Of a stretch of DNA of 64,000 nucleotides, positions 19,694 to 29,488 are shown one piece after another. A program made the translations under genes and the position numbers. How positions within the stretch are numbered: the first letter of the stretch is position 1; each line of letters opens with the position of its first letter. The stretch lies in NCBI GenBank assembly GCA_965214705.1, contig CBDCCI010000002.1, forward strand, positions 2,048,001-2,112,000. Direction: 5' to 3'. Below the pieces are notes generated by a model. It worked only from the letters and a program-made list of their open reading frames with translations. It was not told where the DNA came from and searched no databases. The stretch comes from Alphaproteobacteria bacterium. GTDB lineage: Bacteria > Pseudomonadota > Alphaproteobacteria > UBA828.

Positions 19694-20815
19694 ATGGCAA
19701 CGCTTCGTCTCCACCAAGGCCGCGTCGATGCGCTCAAGCCTCGTAAGTCTGCATACGACATCCGAGACCGGGAACTCAAGGGCTTCGGCGTCAGGGTTCT
19801 GCCCTCGGGCGCCAAGCGCTACTTCATCCATAGCCAGCACGATGGCCGGCGGGTCTGGAAGATGCTCGGCAAGGGCGAGGCCATCGGCGTGGACGAGGCC
19901 CGCGAACGGGCCCAGGCCATACTGGCCTCAATACGGGCTGGAAACGACGACGAGACTGCGGCGGTGCCTGACACCCCGTTCGAGACAGTCGCCGACGAAG
20001 TCTTCCGCCGCTACGCCCGGAACTGGAAGCCGTCGACGCTCAAGGTCAACCAGGGCTACTACCGCAAGCAGATACTGCCTTGGTTCGAGGGACGTCCGAT
20101 CACCGGCATCACCGCCCGCGACGTTCAGCAGTGGTTCGCATCTCTCCACGAGACCCCCGTAGCGGCGGACCGCTCGGCCCCCGTCCTGTCCGTCATCATG
20201 CACCAGGCCGAGGTCTACGGCTACCGGCCCGAGGGGACAAACCCTTGCGCCGGCATCAAGCGCTACCGGCGCCAGGGGCGCGAGCGCTTCCTGTCGACGG
20301 CCGAAGTCAGCCGGCTAGGCTCGGTGTTGGCGAGCCATGAGGCGGGCCACCCGCAGGCTGTGGCGATCATTCGGCTGCTGCTGCTCACCGGATGCCGCAA
20401 GGGCGAGATCATATCCTTGAAGTGGCGCTACTACCGCGAGGGCAAGCTCTTCCTCCCCGATAGCAAGGTCGGGCCGCGCACGGTCTGGCTCTCCTCCCCC
20501 GCGCGCGCCATCCTCGACGGCCTGCCTCGCACTGCCGTCTGGGTCTTCCCCTCGCCAAGGAACGGCCTCCTGCATGCAGCGTCGGTTGGCAGCGTCTGGC
20601 ATCGTGTAAGGGAAGAAGCTGACCTGCACGATGTCCGCCTTCACGATCTCCGACATACGCATGCCAGCATGGCCCTGGCGCAGGGCGAGACGGTGCTGAC
20701 CATCGGCCGGCTTCTCGGACACCGCAATCCGGCGACGACGCTGAAGTACATCCACCTGTCCGACGCCATGGTGCGCGAGGCGGTGGACGTTGTCGGCGCA
20801 GCCCTCGAGGGTTGA
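19694..20815 (+). CDS. Tyrosine integrase (arm-type)
   Basis: LTGCRKGE, HDLRHT, LLGH...TTLKY. Confidence 0.9.
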   Translation: MATLRLHQGRVDALKPRKSAYDIRDRELKGFGVRVLPSGAKRYFIHSQHDGRRVWKMLGKGEAIGVDEARERAQAILASIRAGNDDETAAVPDTPFETVADEVFRRYARNWKPSTLKVNQGYYRKQILPWFEGRPITGITARDVQQWFASLHETPVAADRSAPVLSVIMHQAEVYGYRPEGTNPCAGIKRYRRQGRERFLSTAEVSRLGSVLASHEAGHPQAVAIIRLLLLTGCRKGEIISLKWRYYREGKLFLPDSKVGPRTVWLSSPARAILDGLPRTAVWVFPSPRNGLLHAASVGSVWHRVREEADLHDVRLHDLRHTHASMALAQGETVLTIGRLLGHRNPATTLKYIHLSDAMVREAVDVVGAALEG

Positions 20816-21975
20816 TCCGTGGCCGTGAGGAGGAGGCGTCTGACTGACGCAAGTGTCGCGAAGCTGGTACCGGCGGCCCGCGAGTATACCGTTTGGGACA
20901 CGCGCCATGCGGGTCTCGGCATTCGGGTGCGGCCGTCGGGGCACCGGAGCTTCATATACTGGCGGAAGGGCGAGGACAGTGCGCGCAGGATCACGCTCGG
21001 GCCTGCGTCGTTGATGAAGATCGAGGAGGCGCGCAGCCAGTGCGTCTCCATCGAGAGCGGCGCACGATCCGGCCAGGCACGGCGCGACAAGGTGCCCACC
21101 TTCGAGGAATTTGTCGCGGGTCCGGGGCGGACGTGTTTCGAGCGGGGCAAGCCGTCGACGCGGAAAGTCTTTGCCAGGGTCGTCTCCGTGCGACTGCTGC
21201 CCGCCTTCGGCTCGTTGCCGCTGGACCGGATCACCCGCGCCGACGTGACCCGCTGGTTCGACGAATGCAGCCGGACCACGCCGGGCGCGGCCAACAAGGC
21301 GTTGAACCTGCTCAGCCGGGTTCTCAATCATGCGATCGTCTGCGGCCATATCCAGGCGAACCCCGCGCGTGGCATCCAGTGGAACCCCGGTGCCAAGCTC
21401 ACCCGCTTCTTGTCGCGCGAGGAAGTCCGCCGACTTCATCACGCCCTGGATCGCCACAATCACGCGCGACCGTCGCGCGCGCGACAGGCGGACGTCATCC
21501 GTCTTCTCTTGCTCACCGGCTGCCGGAAGAGCGAAATCCTGACTCTGCGCTGGCAGGACGGGGACGGGGACACGCTTAATCTAATCGATGCGAAGACTGG
21601 ACCGAGGCGGGTCTTTCTGAATGCGCCGGCCCGCGCCATCCTTGAGAGGCAGCCGCGCTCGGGGAGCACCTACGTCTTCCCTGCGCCGTCGAATCCCGGT
21701 CGACCGCTTTCGCATCACCTGCCCCTCTGGCGTTCGGTACGCAGGGAAGCCGGGATCGAAGACGTGCGCATCCACGACCTCAGACACACGCACGCCAGCC
21801 ACGCCGTTCTGCAAGGCGTCCCGCTTCCGGTGATCTTTCGTTCATTGTGCCACTCCATTGCAGGTCATTGTAATTGCGAGACTTTTGTGTTCGGACTTGC
21901 CGCGACACGGAGATTTTCCCGTCCGGGGAGCCCGAGAATGCCGATGCTGTGCGTAGCCGCATGATCGGCGTTTCC

Positions 21976-24033
21976 CTAACTCGCTGTAAACATTGAGAGC
22001 TGCCCGTCTTCAGCGGCGCGACACGGACGCCTGCGGCGCTGGCACGCCTCAAGCACCTTCGGGTCTTCGATAGCCGCCGCACGGATCCGCCACGGCGCCT
22101 GTGGCACCGCCTGTTCGGCGGCCAGAACGCCGTCCTTGATCAGGCGGCGGATCACGTGGCTGGTCACGCCGAGCTTCGCGGCGGCCTGTGACATCGTCAG
22201 CCAAGCCTCCTGCATCTTGTCGGAGCGCGCGCCGCGAATGCGGTGATGAATCCGAACATTCTTGACAATGGATCCGGTCCAGGTGTTACCCATGCCGCTC
22301 CGCATCCCCATGCGATTGAGCGTGGCGGCGATCTCGGCGTCCGACCACGGCCCGGCCATGCTGCGGATCACCTTGAGCGCATCTTCGGGCGTGCGACGGA
22401 AAGTTCCGCCGCGTGCCTGTTTGCGAACGCGAAGCTGTGAGTGTCGGCCACCCCGCCAGCGGATCACCAGAACCACCTCGCGTGCGGCTTCATCCACGTC
22501 GGCGACGATGTCCTCGATGACGCCGCGCAGCAGTTGCTGGCGGGCGCGCATCGTGGTCCCCGGCGCCTCCCACGCGGCTTCGAGATCGTCGGCGAGGGAG
22601 GTGAAGTCGGGAACCTCGCCGCAGCCCTCCGGCGGCTCGCTCAGGCGCGCCTCGAACGCCGCCACACGCTGCAGCGCGGCCTCCCAGGTCTTTTCCAACT
22701 GCGCCGCAATCAAGCGATTGTCGGGATCGCAGGCCGCGTAGCGGCGTTCCGCCAGTGACGCATCGTAGCGGGCTTGCTCCAACTCCAATTCCATCAGCCG
22801 CCGGCCTTCGCTGCGCTCCTCCATACGCCTCCTCTCTGCCTCAAGGGCTGCCTCGACCGCGAGCGGCGACACCGCCCGAAGGACCTCGCCGACAACCGCC
22901 TTCTCGACACGGCGCCCGCCGAAGCTCAGACAACGCTTGTGGCCCTCGTTCTGCCGACTGCGGCAGCCATAGTAGGGTGCAGGCGTCCTGCTGCCGTAGG
23001 ACACCACCAAGCGGTTCCCGCAGCGCGCGCAGGTCAGCAGCCCTGCCAGCAAGGCCGACCCACCGCGCCCCGACTTGACGCCGTCACTGCGTGCGTAGTT
23101 GTTGGCCCGAAGCTGCTCGCGGTTTCGCTTGAACTCCTTCCAGTCGATGAAGCTCGGGTGATGATCTTCAATCACGACTTCCCAGTCTTCAAGCGGTTTG
23201 GCGCAGCCATAGATCTTCCGCAGGCGGCCGTCGACCACGGTCGTGCGCGTGCCGCTCTTGCCGTAGACGTAGGTCCCGGCATAGAACGGGTTCGTCAAGG
23301 TCGACAGGACGTTGTAGTAGCGGATCGGGCGCCAGTCGAAGCCCGTCCCGCCACGCTTGTCGGACGGCTTCGGGAAGTGGAACCTGTCTTCCTTCATCGA
23401 GAGCAGCACTTGGCGTGCGCTGCCGAGTCGGCGGAAGCGCTCGAAAATCTCCCGGATCGTCGCCTGAAGCCGCTCGTCCGGATCGAGGGCGAGCCCGGTC
23501 TCGCGGTCCCAGATGTAGCCCGGCGGCACTGGTATGCGCAGCTCGCCGCGCCGCGCCTTGCCGCGCGCCGCCTCGGACATGCGGGCGCGCAGCTGGCTGA
23601 GCTCGAAGGTCGAGATGCTGCCCTTCATCCCCAGCAGAAGCCTGTCATTGGGCAGGTTCGGGTCGTAGACCCCATCGAGATCGATGATCCGTCCGCCGAC
23701 GAAGCCGCAGACCTCGAGGAGATGCTCCCAGTCCCGGCCGTTGCGCGCCAGCCTGGTGGCATCGAGGCAAAGCACGGCACCGACCATGTTCTCGTACATC
23801 AATGCCAGCAGCCGCTCGAAGCCCGGCCGCTCTGCCATGCCGCTGGCCGTGCGGCCGAGGTCGTCGTCGATCGCCTCGACATCGCGGAACCCGTGATGGC
23901 GGGCGGCTTCGACGAGTTCATACTGACGCCGCCGGCTTTCAGGGTTGTTGATTATCTGCCCGGGCTTGGACTGGCGGATGTAAACGACCGCCTTGCGCTT
24001 CAACAGCACGGCCGGGAGATCAGCGCTCCTCAT
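21976..24033 (-). CDS. Large serine recombinase (resolvase + recombinase + Zn ribbon + HTH)
   Basis: AVVYIRQS, RLARN, NPFYAGTY, CARCG. Confidence 0.9.
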   Translation of the reverse strand: MRSADLPAVLLKRKAVVYIRQSKPGQIINNPESRRRQYELVEAARHHGFRDVEAIDDDLGRTASGMAERPGFERLLALMYENMVGAVLCLDATRLARNGRDWEHLLEVCGFVGGRIIDLDGVYDPNLPNDRLLLGMKGSISTFELSQLRARMSEAARGKARRGELRIPVPPGYIWDRETGLALDPDERLQATIREIFERFRRLGSARQVLLSMKEDRFHFPKPSDKRGGTGFDWRPIRYYNVLSTLTNPFYAGTYVYGKSGTRTTVVDGRLRKIYGCAKPLEDWEVVIEDHHPSFIDWKEFKRNREQLRANNYARSDGVKSGRGGSALLAGLLTCARCGNRLVVSYGSRTPAPYYGCRSRQNEGHKRCLSFGGRRVEKAVVGEVLRAVSPLAVEAALEAERRRMEERSEGRRLMELELEQARYDASLAERRYAACDPDNRLIAAQLEKTWEAALQRVAAFEARLSEPPEGCGEVPDFTSLADDLEAAWEAPGTTMRARQQLLRGVIEDIVADVDEAAREVVLVIRWRGGRHSQLRVRKQARGGTFRRTPEDALKVIRSMAGPWSDAEIAATLNRMGMRSGMGNTWTGSIVKNVRIHHRIRGARSDKMQEAWLTMSQAAAKLGVTSHVIRRLIKDGVLAAEQAVPQAPWRIRAAAIEDPKVLEACQRRRRPCRAAEDGQLSMFTAS

Positions 24034-24500
24034 TGCTGTCCTCCTGCATCGCAGGTTCGGCCGCTTGTGTCAGAAGAGTGGCCAACCGTTCCGTCACGAT
24101 CATGCGTTCGGCCAGGCTCAGCCCCTGAAGCTCGGTCGATTCGAACGCCAGTGCGATCTGGCGCGGGGATGGTGGAAGAACTTTCAAGGCGGACGTCATC
24201 GGTCTCCCCTCGGGAAAGATTCGTAGCTTCCCGAGAGTCCTGCCTGACGCCGGTGTCGATCAACAGACTGTGGAGTTCTGCCAATGCAGAAAGAGAGATC
24301 TCCGGTTCGCCCAACTCCATTCCCGCGCAGGCCGCTGCATCGAGCATCCAGCTCGGGATCAGGGTCAACTCGCCGGAGGGGGCCTCGACCCGAACCGCAG
24401 GATCGGAAGCGCGCTGCTCACGCTGGACTACGCGAACCGAAAGCCCGTGAAAGCGGTGCCAAGGATAATGGACCTCCGCAATCTGCCCGATATGGGCAGA
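24030..24500 (-). CDS. Small Y4bD-like accessory ORF; 5' end uncertain or disrupted by a MITE
   Basis: VHYPWHRFHG...LIPSWMLDAAAC; ATGA overlap with the recombinase. Confidence 0.5.
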   Translation of the reverse strand, partial: SAHIGQIAEVHYPWHRFHGLSVRVVQREQRASDPAVRVEAPSGELTLIPSWMLDAAACAGMELGEPEISLSALAELHSLLIDTGVRQDSREATNLSRGETDDVRLESSSTIPAPDRTGVRIDRASGAEPGRTHDRDGTVGHSSDTSGRTCDAGGQQ

Positions 24501-24667
24501 AAGGCTTATCCCCTTACATCCGGCTTCTCCATATGTGGGGTGCCGGATCGCTGGGCACTTTACGGGCAACCCATTGAGACACGGAAGGAACTGCGACCGT
24601 GTCGGATACCGCCGCCGAGGTGGCCGGTACAACATGTTGGGGAACCGGAGCCAGAGGGATAAGCCTT
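24501..24667. mobile_element. 167-bp MITE (IS1595-like ends), copy 1
   Basis: IR AAGGCTTATCCC/GGGATAAGCCTT, 8-bp TSD TGGGCAGA; inverted copy at 50771. Confidence 0.9.
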
Positions 24668-24849
24668 TGGGCAGAATGTAAGGAAGACGGTCGTCTCCCG
24701 GCTGCTTGGCCACTCCAATTCGCGCATGACGCTCCGCTATGTTCATGTCGGCGACCGCGAGATCGAGGCGGCGGCAGAACGCATCGGTGTAGCCATCAGG
24801 GCGGCATTGGACGCTGGTACCACAAACTCGGGCGACTAACCTAGTGTTG

Positions 24850-26936
24850 CAGGACCATTTCTTAGTCCGGGCTGAGACCACGAGATGAGGAAGAGCGCGT
24901 CCGGTGGAGGGGATTTGGGGCATTCCCGAGCTCGGCTCGGCCGATTCAATGGACGCTGTCGAAGCTGCCGAACGGCGTTCTCGGGCTCTTCGGGCGTGAT
25001 TATCCGGCGTCGGCAGCGGACGCGCCGCGACCCACGTGCTTCTGTGGTGGCGCCTGCGGGATCAGGCGCCGGGCGTGCTCAGGATGACGGCGAGGGCGTC
25101 CTGCGCGCGGGCGGCATAGTGGCGGTTGGCCTCGGGCAGATAGCGGAAGCGGCCGTCGCTGCGCACGATGGCGATGGCCGCGTTGGTCAGGCAGGCGAGA
25201 TTGCGGGGCATGTGGCGCACGTACGCCCGGCAGCGGTCTTCGTCGTAGGTGAAGTCGCGCACGTAGTGCAGCCTGTTTTCGATGTGCCAGTGGTTGCGGA
25301 CCAGGGTCAGCAGCTCCTCGGGCCCGGCGCGGTCTGCGCTGAGCGAGGTGAGGCTGTAGGCCACCTCGATGCTGCGCTTGCCGGTCTTGAGGATCTCGCG
25401 CTCGCGTTCGATGCGCACCGCCTGGCGGCGACCATGGAGATTGGCGTAGCCGTCCCACTCGGCGCCGGAGAGGTCGACGACGGCACAGCGTCGGCGCTCG
25501 ATGCGGCCATGTCCCTTGTCGACGGTTTCGTGCCAGGGCGCGTCGCTGAAGTCGATCGCCTTGAGGTCTTCGAGGATGGTCTCCTGATTGTCCTTGATGG
25601 CGCTGACCACATAGTCGGCGCGGCGTCCGAGCAGGCAGCGCGCGGTTTCCTGCTGGGCGTGCATCGCGTCCATGGTGACGATGCGCTCGGTCAGGTCGAG
25701 GCTGCTGGAGAGCTCGCGCACGGCCGGGATTTCGTTGCTCTTGCTGTCGACCTCGACCTGTCCGAGGACCAGACCGCTGTCGTGCTCCACCGCCGCGACC
25801 ATCATCCGGCGTCCGTTCTCGGTCTGCGCAGACGCGCCGCGCAGGTCCTTTCCGTCCAAGGCGATCGGCGCATGCGAGGTGCTTTGCTGGGCGGTCCACT
25901 GGCCGATGGCATTGTCCAGGGTCTCGGGAGGCAGGGCTGCGAGGATTTTGTGGAAGGTGGTGATCGAAGGCGCGGTATAGCACTTCCTGGAAGGGCTCCA
26001 GAACGCGCCCACCGCCTCGAGCTGGTCCTGGCTGAGCAGGGCGGCGAACTGGGCGAACGCGGTCACGCCGCGATAGCCGGCAAGCCGGGCCGCGACGGCG
26101 AGCGCGAGCACGGTGCTCAAGGGGTAGCGCTTGCCCCGCGCGAAGCGGCACTCGGGTACCTCGCCCAGGCACTCGAACAGACTGCGCAGCCCAGGCGCGG
26201 CCATCGGCTCGGTGTGTTGCTCAGCGTTCCAGTGCGCCGGCATCTCGGTCCGGCTCAGCGCCTCGGCGGCGCCTTCGCTCAGTTCGAACACGAAGACCTC
26301 CTTGGGCTGGCCGTGGTGGCGCCAGCGCGGCGCAGCCCCGGGGTCGCGGGCAAAGCCGCGCGTCATCCCCAGCGAGCGCCAGTTCGACGCGCGGTAGCAG
26401 GTGCCGGCGAACCTCGAAGGGTCCACGAAAGTCTCGGCCAGGAGCACCGGGTAGCCGTGCACCGCCTGCATGTCCGCAGACAGCCGTCTCAGGCTCAGCC
26501 CCAGCACCCGCGAGGCCAGGTTGGGCACCCGGTGCGGCGTCAGGATGACGAAACGCGAGTTGTTGGCGATCAGATGCAGGCGCCGGAACTGCTGCTCCGT
26601 CGACCAACCGATCCAGCCGTCGCGCGCGGCCAGCTTGAACGCGCCCGGCTGCCAGCCGATCAGAGCAACCCAGCTCTCGCCGTGTACCGCGACATGGCGC
26701 AGGCCTTTGCCGATGACGCCGTGAAACGCCAGGTAGTGATGCTCCGACACCAGCCGGTCCCAGCGCCGGTGTTCCCGCGCGCCCCAGGTCGGACGCACCG
26801 TGACCGCGCGCAGATCAATGGACCAATCCTCGACCAGCAGCGGCGCCATCAACGGCACACTGCCACGCCGAGAACGAAATGACCAGCCCGGAGTTCAGAT
26901 CACGACGCCCGCGGGGCGAACAAAAAACTAGCCCTG
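24850..26936 (-). mobile_element. ISAs1-family IS (copy 2) inserted in the IS630 left IR
   Basis: CAGG.../...CCCTG ends, 10-bp TSD CCTAGTGTTG. Confidence 0.85.
25062..26858 (-). CDS. In-frame DUF4338(DruA-like)-ISAs1 transposase fusion, 598 aa
   Basis: HHYL, LAETFVD..RFAGTCYRASNW; ALDGKDLRG, KSNEIP, MDAMHAQ, RNHWHIEN. Confidence 0.88.
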   Translation of the reverse strand: MPLMAPLLVEDWSIDLRAVTVRPTWGAREHRRWDRLVSEHHYLAFHGVIGKGLRHVAVHGESWVALIGWQPGAFKLAARDGWIGWSTEQQFRRLHLIANNSRFVILTPHRVPNLASRVLGLSLRRLSADMQAVHGYPVLLAETFVDPSRFAGTCYRASNWRSLGMTRGFARDPGAAPRWRHHGQPKEVFVFELSEGAAEALSRTEMPAHWNAEQHTEPMAAPGLRSLFECLGEVPECRFARGKRYPLSTVLALAVAARLAGYRGVTAFAQFAALLSQDQLEAVGAFWSPSRKCYTAPSITTFHKILAALPPETLDNAIGQWTAQQSTSHAPIALDGKDLRGASAQTENGRRMMVAAVEHDSGLVLGQVEVDSKSNEIPAVRELSSSLDLTERIVTMDAMHAQQETARCLLGRRADYVVSAIKDNQETILEDLKAIDFSDAPWHETVDKGHGRIERRRCAVVDLSGAEWDGYANLHGRRQAVRIEREREILKTGKRSIEVAYSLTSLSADRAGPEELLTLVRNHWHIENRLHYVRDFTYDEDRCRAYVRHMPRNLACLTNAAIAIVRSDGRFRYLPEANRHYAARAQDALAVILSTPGA

Positions 26937-26985
26937 CCTAGTGTTGTGTCCCTCAAATACGAGCAATATAATGATGCCCTCTCAA

Positions 26986-28928
26986 CCCATCTTCGTCATT
27001 TTGGTCCGAGCGCGAGGGCTAAGTTGTTGAAAGGGCGGCGTTAAATAATTCTCGGCCCTGGATTATGGCACTACGTTTGTGTCCTCACCACCGTTCTCGG
27101 CTGACACCGCGCAGCGTCAGCGAGGTCGGTACTTGGCTTGAAGGATGTGACTCAGCGCACCTTTCCGCCGACGCGTTCGCTGCGCAAGAGGCGCCAGTGT
27201 CATACCTGCCTCTGCCGTCCCTGCGACCGGTGGAAGCGCTGAGGATCAACATGGCAGCAGGGTTCCGCATTACATGCGGCCAGTCAAGCCGCCATGGGGC
27301 CGACGGACGCGATTATGGCGCTACTTTCGATTTCCTAAATAACAATCCAATAAAATCAGTGCTTTAGGCTCTCTCGACTACCCGAAATCAGCCAATCCGG
27401 CCCGAAAAGTGGCAAAGATGGGAGCCACTTGCAAAACTCCCAGGCGCGGTCTGCTTTTCCCGAGAGCCCGGCGTGAGGACATTGACGGTCGGAACGTAAC
27501 ATGAACTTCGGGACGAGCGGACGTCGCTGGCTGCCGCCGGGGCGCCGATTCGCCGCAAACCGATGCCCATGCGGGCGCATTTTGGACCCGCCGTCGCGAT
27601 GCGGACATGGCTTTTTGCGCCTCCGCGGAGGGAGGCGTGCCGGCGTGACAGCGACGGAGGCGCCGCTCAGGCCAGGAGGCGCATCAGCTGGTCGACCGTC
27701 AGCACCAGGATGCCGAACATCAGGTGGCAATGAACCTTGGCATGGCCGCACACGCGGACATGGCGGCCCCCGCAGTTGTCCTTCAGCCCACCGTTGATGC
27801 GCTCGATGTTCGAGCGCTCGTTGTAGCGCTCGTCCGCCGGGTGGCGGTGACCGACGCCTCTCTGCGCCCTGGCCTCGCGCGCCAGCTCCTCCTTGTACTC
27901 CTTGTCGCGAGGGTTGACGTCGATGATCGGGACGTGGCCCAGCAGGTAGCTGTGCCAGCCGATCTCGGGCGCGTCATAGGCTGAGTCCATGAGGTCGTAC
28001 AGATTGGTGACGCGGTCGGCGGTCATACTCGCCAGCGGGATCGCGGCCTGGCTGTCGTGCAGCGAGGCGGACGTCAGGATGCAACTGATCGGAATGCCGC
28101 CATCGGCGGCGTCGATGTGCAGCTTGTAACCGATCCACGATGTGGTATGGCCCCTGGCGTTGCGCTTGGTGCCGACGTCGCAGGCTTTCGGCAGGTCGTC
28201 GAGCATCTGGGGCAAGCTCATCGTGAGCTGGCGTTTCACGCGGCGCTCCTCCTTGGGCCGCTCCTCGCCCTTGCGCGGGCGGCCGCGCTTGCGCTTCGGC
28301 TTCTCCGCCTTGGGCTTGGGCTGAGGCTTCTCGCGCGCCTCGATCGCCGTCGAGTCGCGCGAGACGTGCCCGACCAGATGGTCTCCGAGGGTCTGCTTGA
28401 TCAGCGCCTCATGCACGCGAGCGGGCAACGCACTCTCGGAGAACTCCGCAAACGCCCGCGAAAACGTCGCCTCGCTCGGGATCTCTGCGGCATAGGTCCA
28501 GCCGCAGAGACGGCGTAGCGTCTTGTCGTTCTCAAGGCGCTCGATCAGGGCGCGCGTCGTGGGTACGTCGAACACCGCCTTGGCGATGAAGGCGCGGGCC
28601 AAGGCCGCCCGATCCTCGACCGGCCGACCGGGCAGGCCATGGAAATGGGGAAGGAAGCTCTCGACCCGCGCAAGCTCAAGCACGGTGACGAAGCGCCGGT
28701 ACCTCTCGCCGAGCGGCCCGAGCTCCTCCTCAAGCCACGGGAAAAGATCCGCTTGAATGTGATGCCAGAATCCGGATAGTGTCTGTCCCAGCGACATGGG
28801 GCCGCCCTCTCCGTCGACGTTGTCCGAAACCCGACAGGAACAGAGAGCGGTCCCGATTTCCAGGACAATCTGACCGCCACGGCGGCAAAATCCCGCTCAA
28901 ATGCGGAATTTTGCAAGTGGCTCATGGG
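26986..28928 (-). mobile_element. About 437-bp non-autonomous derivative (MITE) of IS1634-like type A, with an IS inserted in its IR
   Basis: Ends resemble 3064-3175 and 5060-5159 in inverted orientation; TSD TCAA 26982-85 / 28929-32. Confidence 0.8.
27422..28923 (-). mobile_element. IS5/IS1182-like IS copy 1 (transposase 27667-28797)
   Basis: IR GAGCCACTTGCAAAA / TTTTGCAAGTGGCTC, TSD ATGG; RDST, GYKLH, MDSAYD, R..IER. Confidence 0.8.
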
Positions 28929-29488
28929 TCAAGCGCCAGGAGGTCGTCATGCCGCGCGGACGCCCACTCCCCCCACTGGTTCTCACTGACGATCAACGCG
29001 ATCAGTTGGTGGCCGTTTCCCGATCGACCTCGATGCCGCACGGCCTGGTCCAGCGGGCCCGCATGATCCTGGCCTGTGCGGAGGGCTTGACCAACACCGC
29101 GGTGGCCGAACGACTGGACGTCTCGCTGTCGGCGGTCGGCAAATGGCGCCGCCGGTTCCTGGATCGGGGGGTTCAGGGGTTGCATGACGAACTTCGCCCG
29201 GGACGCCCCCGCAGCTATGGCGACGAGAAGGTGGCCGGACTGATCACCCGCGCCCTGCACAACAAGCCCGACAACGCCGACGCCTGGAGCGTCCGCTTGA
29301 TGGCGGAAGCAGAGGGTGTGTCAAAGAGCACCGTGCAACGCTGGTTCTCGCTGTTCGGGGTCAAGCCGCACCGGAGCGACACCTTCAAGCTGTCCAGCGA
29401 TCCGTTCTTTGTCGAGAAGGTTCGGGACCTGACCGGTCTGTACCTGAACCCGCCGGATCACGCGATGGGTGCTGTGCGTCGATGAAAA

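Larger units (their letters stand above)
21832..24691 (-). mobile_element. Large serine recombinase element (Y4bA/Y4bD-like)
   Basis: CGGT core at 21828-31 and 24688-91; imperfect IRs TCTTTCGTTCATTGTGCC / GGCAGAATGTAAGGAAGA. Confidence 0.75.
20819..24839 (+). pseudogene. Second tandem tyrosine integrase, split by a serine-recombinase element (3' part 24692-24839)
   Basis: ...GVPLPV | VSRLLGHSNSRMTLRY... joins in frame across CGGT. Confidence 0.85.

Noticed and set aside
15367-24839. Integron or RIT element
   Set aside because: No IntI-specific insertion or attC sites; the three integrases are not one overlapping trio
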